DNA of 64,000 bases, from assembly GCF_041146345.1 (NCBI RefSeq), contig NW_027191415.1, positions 1,178,001 to 1,242,000 of the forward strand, read 5' to 3'. Source of the DNA: Neodothiora populina (taxonomy: Eukaryota). How positions within the stretch are numbered: the stretch's first letter is position 1; each line of letters begins with the position of its first letter. Under the pieces are notes generated by a model that did no database searches, was not told the origin of the DNA, and was given only the letters and a program-made list of their open reading frames with translations. A program made the position numbers and the translations under genes. Below are positions 25,384 through 39,080 of this stretch, piece after piece.

Positions 25384-28300
25384 CTAGGACAGATTCTCGA
25401 AGAAAAACGTGGGAGTTCCGGGCACGGCGCCCTCGGCGGCCGGAGGCAGATTCTCCTTGGCCTGGCCCTTTTGCGCGGCGTTGTCGCCAATGGCGGCCAC
25501 GACCTTGCCCTGCTTGCCGCCCTGGTCGATGACGACGACTTCGACGGCGGCGCACTTCATGACTGTCTGTCTGAGTCCGGGCGCCATCTCCGTCAGCACG
25601 TGGAGCTCGTCGAAGGCCAGCTTGCGCTCGAAGACAAGCGCCGCGTCGATGCCTGAGTCCAGGGATTTCTTGAGGGACTGGATGAACGGCATGGCGCGCT
25701 TGCTGTCGGCTTTGTCGATTTGCTTGCTGATCGTCTTCATGTCTAGGGTCAGAGAGGTGAAGGCGTCGCGCACGAGGTCGATGTATTTCTCCTGCCATGA
25801 GGGGTACGACAGGGCGGCGTAGATGGTCAGCAGCTTGGGCTGCTTGGGGTCGTAGGAGATGGTCTTGCCCTTGGCCATGCGCTTCATCTGTGCGCCTTCT
25901 GCGGACGTGATCGACGATGCTGTGTTGCGCACGTAGTCGCGGGCCGCGGTCAGGGCGGCGTCCGTGGCGGGCACGGAGGGGAAGGTGGCATTTTGGACGC
26001 TGGTCTTGTGCGAGAGCACCTCGTTCCAGATGTATTCTGCCCAGTGCGGTGCGATGACCGTGATCATGAGGGCTTGGAGCTCGATGTAGCGCTTGGTCAG
26101 ATCGGCGTGCATGCCGATGCCGGCGGCCTTGGTGGCCTCGCGGTAGAAGTCTCTTGCGCCAGTGAAGTCGTAGAATCCAGACTTCAATGCTGCCTTGTAG
26201 TTGGTCCTGAAGAAAAAGTCAGTATGGTTGATGCGAAGAAGAACAAAAAGGACACTCACTCCTCGTATTGCTTCCTGGTCTCCTCAACCAGTCCATTGAG
26301 CTCGTTCTCGAAGATCTTGTCCCAGAAGCCCTTCTCGCCAGTCCTCTGGATAGAGTCGTTGTTCTTGTGTCTCTCGTTCTTGGAAACCTCGGCATACGTC
26401 TCTCCGTCCTTGAGCAGACGAGCCTCGAGCACCATCTCCTCACACCACTTCTTCAGCTCGAAAAGCTTGAGGATAGAGCTGTTGGCGACAGACTCCTCGA
26501 AGTTGGCATCTTCGATACCGTCACCTGCGTCGGCGAGTGCAACGCGAGTGGCGTCGGCACCGAACTTCTCAACGGCGTCGTGAAGAGTCAAGAAGTTGCC
26601 GGTGGACTTGGACATCTTCTCTCCGTTGAGCAACAAGTGACCGTTGGCTCTGATACCCTTGGGCCAGTACTCGCGATCAAAGAGAGCAACGTGAATGTAA
26701 AGGAAGAAGGTCAAATGGTTCTGGATAAGATCCTTTCCGGAGACACGAATGTCCAGTGGGTACCAGTACTCGAACTCGCGACGCATGGCGTGAAGGGTCT
26801 CCTCGGGAATGTCGGTCTTGACGGTCTCGGTGCGGCAGACAAGGTAGTCCCAAACCTCGTCGGTCATCTGCTCGGGAGAAATGTTGCCGAGGCCCTTGGT
26901 CTTGCCGTAGATGTCTCCGTGAAGGTAGTGAGAGACGGTGTAGTAGGCCATGTAGATGGTAGAGTCAGAAAGAGACTCGACCAAGAACTGAGGGTCCCAG
27001 GGAAGCTTGGATCCGAGACCGTAAGACCTGGCGCATGCCCACTGACCCAACCAATCAAGAGTGCGCTCGAAGGAGTTCTTGCCTTCAGAAGAGAAAGTGT
27101 TCAAGCCCTTGCCGTCCTCGTTCAAGACGTGCTTAAGTGTGGTCTGTTGCCACTCCTCGTCGGCATGGCCGTAGTTGAGGTACCACTGATCGAGGTGTCC
27201 AGCAACACAGTAATCACCAGATCGGGAGATAACCTCGCCGTCGGGCTCGGCGTAGTTGAATGCCTGACTGGCGTCGATGAGCTCCTGACGCACAAGAGGC
27301 TTCGCCTCCTCGACGGTCTTGCCCTTGTAAGGACCGTAAGCCATAGTGCCCTTGTAGAATCCCTCCTTGTAAGCAAGGTCTTTGGCCTCGGCCAGCTGCT
27401 TGGCGTCCTTGGGCGAGTTGATCTTCATCTTCTCGACGAGGAACTTGGCGGTCAGGTTGCCGTAAGACGGAGTGTCGATGATGGGCATGATCTCGAGCTC
27501 GGCCCACTCCTTCTTGATGCCGTAGTATTCGGCCTTCTTGGCCAGGTCCATGACGGTGGCGTAATCGTCAGGAGAGTCGGACGGGACGCAAGTGACAACA
27601 CCGGTACCCTTGGTCGCCTTGACAGTCTCCATGGGAAGAATGCGAACAGAGCCGTGAACAGACAGGGGAGCATCGACAAGAGCGCCGACAACATCAGAGC
27701 CCTGGAAATCGGCAACCTTGGGGAACACGCCCCACTCGGGGAAGATACCCTGGAAGGCCATGTTGCGGGCGGCGCGGTCAGACAAGAAGTAGTACTCGTT
27801 GTCGTTGACCTTGTAGATGCCGTAAGTAATCTTGGGGCTTACGAAACAGCACGTCTGTCCATACATGGTCTCGGGACGGAGAGTGGCAGGAACAAAATAG
27901 ACATTTGCGCCTTCAGGCAGCTTTCCGTCAAGAATCTTCTTGGCTGCCTCAGGCCACTCCTTGACCTTCAACTTGAGCGCAGTGTATTCCTGGACTCCGA
28001 CACCCTCGCCGCTCGATCGGTCGTGGTCCATGCATGCCTGGCCATCCTTTGGCGAGTAGACGGTGTATCTCTTGCCGAACTTGATCTTGTTGAGCTCGCG
28101 GAGACGGTTCATCTGCCATCTCACGAAACCATCGTAGTAGGGATTAGCGTCGGTGGTAACCATTGATCGTCTCCAGTCGACTCTGGCACCGAAATCGGTC
28201 AAGTCTCTCTGGCAGAGGGCGGGGAAGAACTCGAGCCAGTGCTGGGGGTCGGCGAACTTGTGGACATCCTCGAGCTTGATTCCAAGGGCAAGCATGATCT

Positions 28301-29007
28301 GGAACTGGTACTTTAAAGCGATGGCTTTGGAAGCAGCCTTGCTCTTCTTGGCAGTGAATTTCGTGATGTCTGATTTCGTGACTTCTTGCGTCGGTGCAGG
28401 AGTTGCTGCGCTCTCTCCATCGGCAACATCCTCGACAGGGCAGTTTTCAAAGTTCTGGCCAAACATCTCAATCTCGCGAACGAGCTTGTCGGCGCAGGCC
28501 TTGATGGGCATTCCGGTACAGTGGTAACCCTGGGGGAAGAGAGCGCGCTTGCCCTGCATGCGAGCAAATCCGGTGGTGAATTCGACCTTTGACGCGGTGA
28601 AAGAGTGGCCGACGTGGAGGACTCCGTTCATATAAGGATATGCCATTGTGCCCATGAACTTGGGGTACTTTTCACGGAGCTCTGCAGCCGGGACGGAGTG
28701 ATATGGCACTTCGTCGAGCGAGGGAGCATTTTGCTCGAAGACCTTGGATTCTTGCCATTTCTTTTGATATTTCTTCTCGACGGCGATGAGAGTATCTCTC
28801 TTGTCGGTCTGTGTTAAGGGGGGTCAATCAGTCTCTTTTCTTTCTTTCTCTTTCGCTCTCCTTTTGCGCATATGATCGGAAGATCGAGAACGACAGGAAA
28901 ACATGGTAAAGAAAAGGAAGAGGAAGACATACATTCTCAATCTTGAGAGTAGCCTTGGTACTATTAGCAGGATCCAGAGCGGCCTGCGTCGCTTGAACGG
29001 CAGCCAT
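25384..29007 (-). CDS. CDC60: Cytosolic leucyl-tRNA synthetase
   Basis: Exons 29007-28933, 28808-26260 and 26206-25384. Class I motifs YPYMNGVLHVGH (HIGH) and KMSKSTGNF; CP1 editing motifs TLRPET and KGTGVVTCVPSDSPDD. Confidence 0.97.
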
Positions 29008-30313
29008 GGTGGTGGTATTTAATGTCGCGACTCTACGAATGCAAAAATGAGAAGGATTGATATTTGTGATCGGTGGTAGAGCAGAAGCGACTACAACACC
29101 ACAGCGAGGACGACGATGAAGCTGACCACGCAATAAAGAAGAAAAGAAAGACCGGCGAATCAAGTATGAGTCCGACGTGATGAATGATTTAGTAGCAGTA
29201 GCAGTCAAGTTACAACAGGTATTATTGATGTTGCGACGATGATGGCGACTCACGACAGAGCAAGTGTACATCTAGCAACAGCAGCAACAGACAAGGCAGA
29301 GCAGCAACACTTCTACTCTTCTCTATCAAAAGTGTGTCATACTTCACAAATTATTTCCCACAATTCCATCTCCCCCGCGCTGCCGCCGTCGGGTTGACCT
29401 GTAGGATAAAGGTACGATGTTTGCTCTGTTTGCATTTTGATCATCGCGGAACGCTTCCGGAGGTAATCAATGATTGTGAAAGAGACGAGCGGGTGGGCTC
29501 TATACCATTGAGCAGCGAGAATCATGTCAGTAAATGGTCAACCTGGGCAACAACAGGCAGGTGCGGTTGCGTGAGTACATTGAAATGGATGTTAAGGTTA
29601 AAGGACGGTCCAATTAGAGTGGCACAATCGGGTGTTGGTACGATCGGGTGTGTCGATAGATAAGGTAGGCAGATGCACGTTTCGATCATCCGAATCGATG
29701 TAACCACCGTACAATGCTCGGACTACCCCTATCATATCTATCCCTGGAGTTGGGAAGATGTACATGCCGGGGCAGATGCTACTGCTGCTGCTGCTTCTCA
29801 GTAAAAGGAGAGTTCAAGCAAGGTGATAGACGAAGAGAGCTTCCAAGACACAAGGACACATTTGAATGCGTCCCGACTGTACATATAGTGTAGTTTTGCA
29901 TATCTAGATCTCCCCCTCTACTCATAGCATTTGTGGAACAGATGCGTTGCCCACGAATCTCATTCAACCGTCTAATCGCCTCCGTATTTCGGGTATATAT
30001 GGGAGGCACATGATCCTTGTCGACAGATGCTCGACTGCTACATCAGCGACTCGCCACGCCTCTGTTCGAGCGCTTGCATGGCGCGTAGTGGCTGCGAACT
30101 ATGAACGGCCAATCGTGGCCAGCCGCAACGGCAGACTCGAACGCATACCTTGCTCAGTGTTTGTAGAGTGTCTTCAGGATCCACTAGCAACGAATAGAGC
30201 TTGCTACCACGAGCAGGTCCGCATACACATCCAGAGACAATAGTCATGTAGAGACCAGGTGCTCATTTTCGAGGTCGTCAATGCAACAAGGTCTGACACG
30301 GGGCCATAGCTCA

Positions 30314-31200
30314 TCATCGACCTGCCCAGATGCCTGGCCCAAGACCACCTCGCGTGCCTTCGTTCACAGGACGTTTAGCAACCTTGCCTTGCGCCTTGAC
30401 ACCTTGCACCACCCTGAGAACAAGACCAGTCAGTAAAAGAGTGTTTGCGGTCAGACAGAGAAGCAAAAAGACATACTTATCTAATCCGGTTTCTACGACC
30501 ACGCCTCCCACAATCATCTCTCCGAGAACAGCATGCAGAGTCTCAAAGTTGAAGATCAAGTCCAACTCGCACACGTTCTCAAACAATCGGTCCAGACTCT
30601 CGACAAAGACTTGGATCAAATCCAATAATGCCAAGGGTGACTCGGTGGACGTCGATATGACAATAAAGTAAAGAGTGGCGTAGTGTCGATACGTCACCAG
30701 AGAAGGCGTGTCGTTGTGGGTCTCGGCCAGATGGGTCCCTGACGACGACTGTGCCGGCGCAAGGAGAGGTGGTAATGGTAAGAAATTACATGATGAGGAG
30801 GGTCGAGCTGAGACGAGTGTGAAAATCTCCGAGATGAGACGCTGTTGCACTGCTGTATCCTGCGAGATTATGAGTATGAGATGAACAAATCTATGCCATG
30901 CATGTCCTCAAAGCGGATGACAAGGAAGACCGAGCGTTGCGATATGTAAAGAACGATTCAGATTTGGAGCACCGTGGCAAAGATAGAAGCACCGACTCAA
31001 GTTTCAAGCAAGAGGCATCAGATGAAGCAATGATCCTTTCATGTAGGATATGCAGAAACATGCGCATTCGATGGGGGTGTCTCTGACTGCGAATAGCAAG
31101 ACAAACAGAGATCAGAAATAAGAAGACATACCAACTGCGTATAGAACTTGGTCAGACGAGGTTGGCCATTGTTGTTGAAGACCAGCACGGCGTTGATCAT
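30314..31200 (-). CDS. APS3: AP-3 adaptor complex sigma subunit
   Basis: Exons 31200-31132 (MINAVLVFNNNGQPRLTKFYTQL), 30859-30477 and 30413-30314. Core sequence YRHYATLYFIVISTSTESPLALLDLIQVFVESLDRLFENVCELDLIF. Confidence 0.93.
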
Positions 31201-31669
31201 CGTGTGTATGATTATTACTAGTGACCCTAGTACTATATATTTGTCGGGCGCCCTTGCTACTCACACTTTGCGCTGATCCAGATGCTGTATATCAGATCCC
31301 GGAAACCAAATATCACCTTGGCACAGACAAAGCGGGATGATGCACGTGGGTCGCCGCAGTCAGAAGTTGCAAGACAAGTGAATGGGCGGCTATGAAACTG
31401 CGTTTCTCAGGGTCCAGACGGCAGATGTACAAGTAAACTGCACAAGGCCCAAGCTCCTGATGGATGACGGAATTGTGGAATTGAAGCAGGAGCAGTCCAG
31501 GTCCAGGCACAAGATGCTGGGGAAAGGAAAGAGCTGCAGTGGTGACTGCCATATCCGGACATGGAGCTTTGTGTTTGCTGACCATTGAATTCATCATTCC
31601 CAGACTATAAACCAGCTGCGTTCTTCTATTCTGATTCATCTCATACTCTTCTGCATCTACAAACACAAA

Positions 31670-32425
31670 ATGTCCGGACCAGCCTCGCTCAGGATGATGC
31701 GTCAATTGACCCGCTCCCTCCCCTCCAAGCCCCTCGCCCGTGGCCTCCAACAGCGAACTGCGTTCAAGCTACCACAATCAAGACTACGTGTCTCGTCTGT
31801 CACTCAACACCAGGCAAGGGGCATCTCTATCTCCAGATCCGTCTACAAGGGCATCCAGCCAGACTCAGAAGACCCGGCTCCCCCGGAGGCCGAGGCCACG
31901 CATCACATCCAGGACCCGACTCCCATCTCGGATGCGGAGTTCCATGAGCGTGCCGAGCAGCTCCTCGAGGAGATTGTTGCCAAGATGGAGGAGATGCAGG
32001 AGACAAAGGAGGACGTCGATGCAGAGTACAGTGTAAGTAGCGAATCTTGTTTCATCATGGACATTGTCTTCCCAGTATTTCCTCTCAGTCTAGAGAATCA
32101 ATCGATCTTTGGTATCTGTTATCTTGTCACAACGTAGAAACTGACACATCACGGATCATGACAGGCTGGCGTTCTAAACGTGACATTCCCTCCGAGCGGC
32201 ACCTACGTCCTGAACAAGCAACCTCCGAACAAGCAGATCTGGCTGAGCTCCCCAGTGACAGGCCCAAAAAGGTTTGACTGGGTAGTCAAGGGTGAGGATA
32301 TGGGATCCAAGGAGGGCGGCGCATCTGGTGACTGGATCTACCTCAGAGACGGCACGAGCCTGATCAGTCTGCTCAGGAAGGAACTGGGCATTACTGTTGG
32401 AAATGATGAGGGAAGCCCCGAGTAA
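31670..32425 (+). CDS. YFH1: Frataxin (mitochondrial Fe-S cluster chaperone)
   Basis: Exons 31670-32032 and 32165-32425. Basic mitochondrial presequence; [42 protein letters not shown]. Confidence 0.95.
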
Positions 32426-32963
32426 GAAAGATCGTCGGATGAAGCAGGTGGGACGATCCAGGGCCAGGCGTCAAAGCTAGGTACTCGCCCCGATGACGCA
32501 GAGTCTATACCACATATAAGTAGGTAGCTAGATTCGCCATCTTTGCTTTCTGGTCTTTCTGTATACAATCGTCGATCAAAGAAACACGAGTTACTTTTTG
32601 TGCACTTTAAGCAGGTGTGTAGACCCAGATTCTTTCTTGAGTCATGCTAAATCCAGCGAAAAGCCCGTCCTTGCCTTGGACTCTCAAGACTTCCAGAGAG
32701 GAAGGAGCGACAGTCCTCAAGATGCAGAGTACATCAGGGCCAAGGCGCACATCATCCGCCCCCTGATGCCTACTAGAAGCACATCACGTAAGGCTGGATG
32801 TGACGTGGTATGAATGAAGATTTCAAGGTGGGAGAATCCGCAGAATATTTAAGGGTGAGATGAACTTGTTACGTGTTTAGGTGTATGTGGTGTCGAACAA
32901 TGGATATAATAGGATTGAAGAAAGAACGATTAATGCAGTCCTCAGCAGTCTCAGCCGCATCGT

Positions 32964-34834
32964 ATGGTTGACGTTCATCACAAGGACTCGTCCAGGTTCT
33001 TTATAAAGGTTGCCGTGTTGATGGGTCCAAATCCAGTTCAAGGAGGAGATTGTTCTCAGCTGCACCACGAAAAAGATATTGCTCTAGGTGTGATCGATGG
33101 TGGACGGAATGACGGTGAGGCAAATCTCGACGACGAAGATGGTGTTGATAACGACAATCACAGCATCAATGGTAACAAGAAGTGGGCAAGGTGCTATAAA
33201 CATGTGGACGAAGATGGTTGTGTTACCACGTTTGCACCCCTGATCTACGGTCATGGAACCAACAGCATCACATGCCCCGGTGCGATTTTCAGTAGTTCCA
33301 GTGTTACTCCACTTGCCTCTCTGGTACACGGTCGTGTTGACAACAGCATCACATCCCCAGGCGCAGTTTTCAGAAGGGTCAGTACTTCTGTCTCTCCTAT
33401 GGCAAGCATTGGGTCTCAAACCACCGGGAGAGGAAGAAGTAACAAGGATCCTGAGCGTGAGTCGATCAGCACTGAGCCGCCGTCTCGGCTGCCCATACCG
33501 GAGACTTTGTCTTCCATGACCGGCCTCCCATTTAAAAAAGAAAATAGCACCAGAAGCAGATGAGGAGACACCAGAGGGCATAAGAACCCCGCGTGCAGAG
33601 CAAGGTGCTGCGTGGGACATCACCGCTCTGTCATCCCAAACAGATGACAAGATGAGCAGTCGACTGTCTTGGGCCGAAGAGGTGGAGGAAGAAGAGAAAT
33701 CAGAGGTGGCTCGACGTGAGACGGCGGCGGAGGAAGATGGTGACGAGTCGGGAGAGCTCACTCCCCGAGCAAACATTCCCTATCGTCCCTCATTCACATT
33801 CCCAAACTTACCATCACCCCCAGAGTTCATGCCATCAGCACCTTCTACGCTGTTCGGCCCAAGACCCCTTTCTTCGTTTGAAAGGATGGCGTCCACGTCA
33901 TCCTCCTCCAGAAACGAATCTCATCCTGGAAATTGGAAAGGACGCCTTAACCCTATTCTCTCGCCAGTACACAACGGGCAGGCTGCAATACTCGACTTTC
34001 TCTATCGTTACGCCCCTGGTATCCATTCCGCATACGTGGGTGGGGTGGGATGTAACGGATCTGTCTGCTGGATCGGTACCAATGTTGATGAACGGAAGGA
34101 GAAGAAGAACGGAAAAGATTTTGACTTTGGAACAGAAGCTGGTGGAGCAGAGTTGTTGAAGGAAATCTTCGACGATGATGAAGAAGTGCGTGCTGATGAA
34201 GACATGAGATTGACCGACATATTTGTCGCCAAATATAATCAGCGCCTTGTGGTAAGTTCCTACTCCTCCTTGCAGTCGACGTCTACTTGTAATAACTATT
34301 TGTTGTCCTCATCCCTTTCTGCAGCAGAAGCAATTGTAAGCTAACTAACGCATCTAGTGCATGTTAATGGACCACAACAACGCCATACGCATTGAATACG
34401 CGGTCTGGTCGCCCCCCGTCACACATCCCACACACGATGAATCCGTGGAAAACCCATTCTCTCCTTACCAACCCAGTGCTGCTCCTTCGTATCCCACCTC
34501 ACGCGTTACGCTTGCCACAGTCTATCCTCCTCATGCAGCAAGTGCACGGGAACGTCTGTCAGACGGAGACGAAGGACCTACATGGTGGGTCCCGCTCTCT
34601 GCAGCTTTTGCCACTAGTGAAAGCAGTACTAGTGCAGTCTGGAGAGCTGCGCGTACAGAGAACGAAGTGGCAGATGCATGTAAGAAGGTCAATCGAATCT
34701 TACTGACCTCCGGACTGCAAGGCGTGTGGGACGAAAAGAGTAGATATGGACATCGCCATGAGACTGCCAAGAAATGGATCGAAAGAGCTCTGGGCGAGGA
34801 AGTGGAAGAAATGGACTGGCCGCCGTCGGATTGA
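32964..34834 (+). CDS. Hypothetical protein (frame break near 33460-33550)
   Basis: Three consecutive protein-like ORFs. A clear intron at 34252-34357 (GTAAGT..CTAAC..TAG) joins the second and third. Joining the first and second needs a +1 shift or a weak intron at 33457-33547. Confidence 0.55.
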
Positions 34835-36241
34835 AGTGGGCTGTAGCCAGTATACCTGGCTGAACGCGGATAAGCAGACATAGGCTCATCAGTTGTTGGT
34901 AAGGTGGATGGGGTGGGCTATTGAATACTCAGTCATCGATTTGCACAAAAGATGGTGGATCTGCCGGACAGCATTTCAACATGGATGAATGCTTAGTTGC
35001 ACTCCAGCTCCTCCATACTTTGCTATCCTCTGGGATAGATGGCGATCACAATCATAGCAGCCATTAGTGACCGATAAACACAACTCAACAAAGAGATAAA
35101 TCGAGAATGCGATTCATACAGATACCCACCACTCGTGTTCATCAGTCCATCCATCAATCATGACTCAAGAAAATGCCTCCTTCCCCAGAACGAGCCATAT
35201 GCTCCAACCAAGTAACAAGTTCAACCACAATAGGCCACACTAGCTAGTCAAAACATCCACGACACGTCCAAAACCAAAAGAAAGCTCACAGACACCCATC
35301 CATCCCGGGATCTGGACAGACTTTCTGTTTCACTTGCCCGTCCCCTCGGTTGGCTTTTCAGTCTCCTTTTCTGTGTTTCTTTTATAGATGAAACAGAAAA
35401 CACGAAGCCAAAAGAAACTGTGAAACTAGAAAAAGGGGGGTTAGTTCTACAAGCCCCCGTATTCGATCTCGCCTTGATTCTTATTCTTGGACCATTTCTT
35501 TTCCCGATTTAGTGGTAGCCAAGTCATACAATGCCTGCAAGTTCCGGTGGGAAATAGGTGAGAGATTTATTAAGATAAGATGCGAGGGAGGGCGAGGTGA
35601 AGTTAGGTGAGGTGATGTGATAGAAGCATACACGATCGACAGAGATAGGCAAATAAATGAGTGAGTATATGCATTGGCTGCTAACAGTCTAGTCTCTACC
35701 ACCCGTCTTGCTCGCTCTGCACTGTCTACCTACCTACTACTGTACTGTACCTTACCTTCATCTGAATGAGGAACACATCGGTAAGACTACCTCGGGTACT
35801 CAACAACACTCGAAAATACAACCTGAAAGGAAGATCCTTTAGCACGAACCCTTTTCTTGATATGTCGCATTTCTGTCTCAGATCTCTCGTTTTAGCCTTA
35901 TTTTGCAACACATTACGCAAGGTGCAAAGCACAGAAGAAGAACAATAGATTAAAGGGGACAGACTATAGTCTGACCATCTTAGAAACAAAGAATCCCATT
36001 TGTTCAAGGTGGCTGAAACAGACCAAGCGATGCCGAAAGGTTATCTGCTTGTGCTAAGGTTAAGGGTCCTTGGAGTCCGCTGTTTGACTTGACGAGTAGA
36101 GGGCTTGGTCTCTTTTTTTTTTGCCCTAGGCTTAACTAATGCTCGCAACGAGGGCTGGAGATGCTGAGATGTTGCTTGTGCTTCTTTAACGATAACGAGT
36201 CGTGTTCTATGTAGGACGTGCCTCTTGATCTTCGCTCTGCA

Positions 36242-36488
36242 CAGAGGAGCTCGTTAATAGCCAGTGATCACCTAATGGAGAGTCCATTGAAGAGTCATCG
36301 ACTCTTTGATAAACGATTAAAAGTCTTTGATCAAAACTTCAATGAATCCCGAACGCTTAGCCAATGACTTCCCAGTAGATGGTCAATTGTTACTTAATAA
36401 TGAGTAGCTAATGACTACTCGATGAATGGTCGGTAATCTCTATATAACTTACTCGGTGGATGGCTAATGACTAAAACGAGTTCCTTTA
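36242..36488. mobile_element. MITE-like family, copy D
   Basis: CAGAGGAGCTCGTTAAT ... AAAACGAGTTCCTTTA|TA; interior units AGCCAATGACT, ACTCGATGAAT and GGCTAATGACT align with copy B. Confidence 0.75.
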
Positions 36489-36775
36489 TAGTATGGTTCA
36501 TAATTAGGTAGGTACGCTTGGTCTTGCTGCACAAGTATAAGCCATTCATCATGTATTATGGCACTACCTCATAGAACCGAGAAGATGAGAGTCAGACTCA
36601 AGAAGACCATCCGCAACGAAAGACAAAGACAATTTTTTTTCAGAAATGCTATACGCTATGGTGGGAATAATCTTGCGTCGGAGGCGATACAGTTGTGAAG
36701 AAGAATTACGCTACTATTTTCCCCGTGTCCTGAATGAATAATTCATGCGCTCATAATCTTTTTTGACTAAGAAAT

Positions 36776-38662
36776 CTACCTTCCAACTCTGATGACACCA
36801 GCAGCGATCAACTTCTGGATGTTCGTCTTGATGCCCGGGTTCTTCATGTGTTCCTGAAGAGCGGCGGGATCACCCTTTGCCTGCTGCAAGATTGACTGCA
36901 TGACCGGGTCCTGTAGGATACCGGCAATCTCGGGGTCACGCTGGATACGCTCCATGGTCTGCTCCTCAGTCTCGCCTTCACGGGCAGAGAACTGTGCCTG
37001 GAGCGCCTTCTGGCTCTGTTGCTCAATCTCGCGAGCATTCTTGCCGCCGTTATGTTCGGCGTCGACGGTAGAGGCAAGCGCACAAACGTCGATGCACTTG
37101 TTGTACTCGCGCATGGCAAACAGAGCTTGGGCTTTGCGAAGGTAAGCACGGATGAAGGTGGCATCCTTGGCGATGGCGGTGTCACAGTCGGTAACAGCAG
37201 AAGGGAAAGCGAGAAGCTTGATGAAGCAGGCAGCGCGGTTTGAGTAACCACGGGGATCTTCAGGGGCACGTTTGACCATCTCGCTGTAGGCCTCAACTGC
37301 AGCAGCCCAGTCGGCCTCCTTGAACTTCTGGTTGCCAAGCTCACGAGCCTCTTCGGCTTTGGAAGGGTCGATGTATGCTTCACGTTCAGACACAATCAAA
37401 GCCTTCTCGGCCGCGCGCAGCTTGGCGAGAATGTCAGGAGTGCGGTGCTCGGTGAGGGAACGCTGGTAGTTGTCAATAGCAGACTTGAGGTCGCCCTGCT
37501 TCTCGTATGAAGATCCAATGCGGCCAAAGGCTTTGGCGATAAGCTTGAAGTCGGCAAGAACCTCACGACCGTGTTCGATAGCGTCACGGCAGGTCTTAAT
37601 GGCGGCGTCATAGTCGCCCTTTTCAAAGTAGGCGGCTGAGAGGTTGGTCAAGTATGTTATATCCTGATGAAGCTCCCAGGCCTTGGAATAGTGAGCGATC
37701 GCATCGTCGAACTGACGCTTCTTGTATGATGCGGTTCCGAGCGCCTTCTCAGCGTCGGCGTCCTCCTTGGCCTTCTTCTTTGCTGCTGCCTCCTCATCCT
37801 CTGGCTCTTGTTCAGGCTCGGGCTCGGGCTCGGGCTCTGTCTGGGTCTCTTGCGGTTTCGGTGCGTCAGTCATAGGCACGTCCTCCTCGACTACCTTTGA
37901 GGAAGCAGGCTGCTCCTCGCCAGCGTCTCCAGGGTTTCCGAATTGCATGTCGATGCCCAACAGGACGCTCATGACCTGCAAGAAGCGCGGGTCACCCATC
38001 ATCTCACCAACCTTGTTCGGGTTGGCCTTGACATCGTTGAGCTTCTGCATGAAACCACTGTCCGCTAGAAGACCAGAGGTCTTGGGGTTCTTTGCAAGCT
38101 TCTGGATTAGTTGAGGGTCGTTGAACATGTTGCCGAGGCCTCCCATTGGGTCAGAGGAATTGAAGCCGTCGGCCTTTGCCTCGGCCTCGATCGCGCGCTT
38201 GACAGCGTCGAAACCCGACTTTGCCTGTGAGTTGCTGGGATCGATCTCGAGCGCCTTCTCGTACGCATCCGTTGCATCAACTGTGGACAAAAGTCAGCAA
38301 AAGAGTGCCTTCCTCATTCGTGCGTTGTGCTCCTTCCTTACTCAGATTGCCCTGGCCGTGCAGAGCAGCTCCCTTTCTGCTCCATCCCTTTGCCCAGTCG
38401 GGCTTGATCTCGGTACACTTGGTCGCATCTGCAAGAGAGTGCTCAAAGTCTCTCAGCGACGCATATGCGCCTGATCTATTCGAGTAAAGAACGTGATTTG
38501 TGGGATCGATCTCAATGGCTTGTGAGAACTTCTCGCTGTGCCAATGTCAGCCAAACATGTCTTTGTTACTGTCAATCAGGCAGACTCTGCTCACACTGCG
38601 CCCTCGAAGTTCTTTGCTGTGAACAGGCGGTTGCCCTCAGCCTTGAGTCCATCGGCCGACAT
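36776..38662 (-). CDS. STI1: Hsp70/Hsp90 co-chaperone Sti1/Hop
   Basis: Exons 38662-38595, 38535-38342 and 38280-36776. TPR1 (LYSNRSGAYA..KPDWAKGW.RKGAAL), DP1, TPR2A/2B and DP2 (DPVMQSILQQAKGDPAALQEHMKNP). Confidence 0.96.
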
Positions 38663-38842
38663 TTTCAGGTATTAATACTGTGATATGTGTACTATGCCAA
38701 AGAAAGATGGGGAATGACAATAGATTATTGGTGGTATAATCAAAAACTTCACTGCGTTTAGAGTCAGATGTCTGCGGTAAATCGAAGAACAAGGCGACCT
38801 TGGTGGACAATATAGTCTTGATGAGTTGCTTCTCATTGACTC

Positions 38843-38855
38843 TTCTAGATGTTTC
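38843..38855. promoter_or_regulatory. Imperfect heat-shock element in the STI1/DHNA divergent promoter
   Basis: TTCtaGATgtTTC has nTTCn/nGAAn 5-bp phasing and lies about 180 bp upstream of STI1, a known Hsf1 target in yeasts. Confidence 0.45.
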
Positions 38856-39080
38856 TGATTTCCATACAAGAAGCTTTGACCACACCACATCACTCCCGCC
38901 GCTTGCTATCTCTCTCCGACGAGTCTTCCTTCTTGGCGTTTGCGGGGAGCTGGCTGCCTGAGGCGCTTCAACAATAGCTCAACATCCGACTAGAGTAATT
39001 ATGAATCTTTTCGCGGAAGCCTCTGTGTCAAAACCCATCAAGGTACAGTGATACTCTTCAATACCACTAGTCAAAACACG

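Noticed and set aside
26268..28166. 632-aa plus-strand ORF
   Set aside because: Antisense shadow of the codon-biased LeuRS exon.
30860..31132. Stwintron ([D1,2]) interpretation of the APS3 intron
   Set aside because: Two-step splicing would shift the conserved QL-DT junction out of frame.
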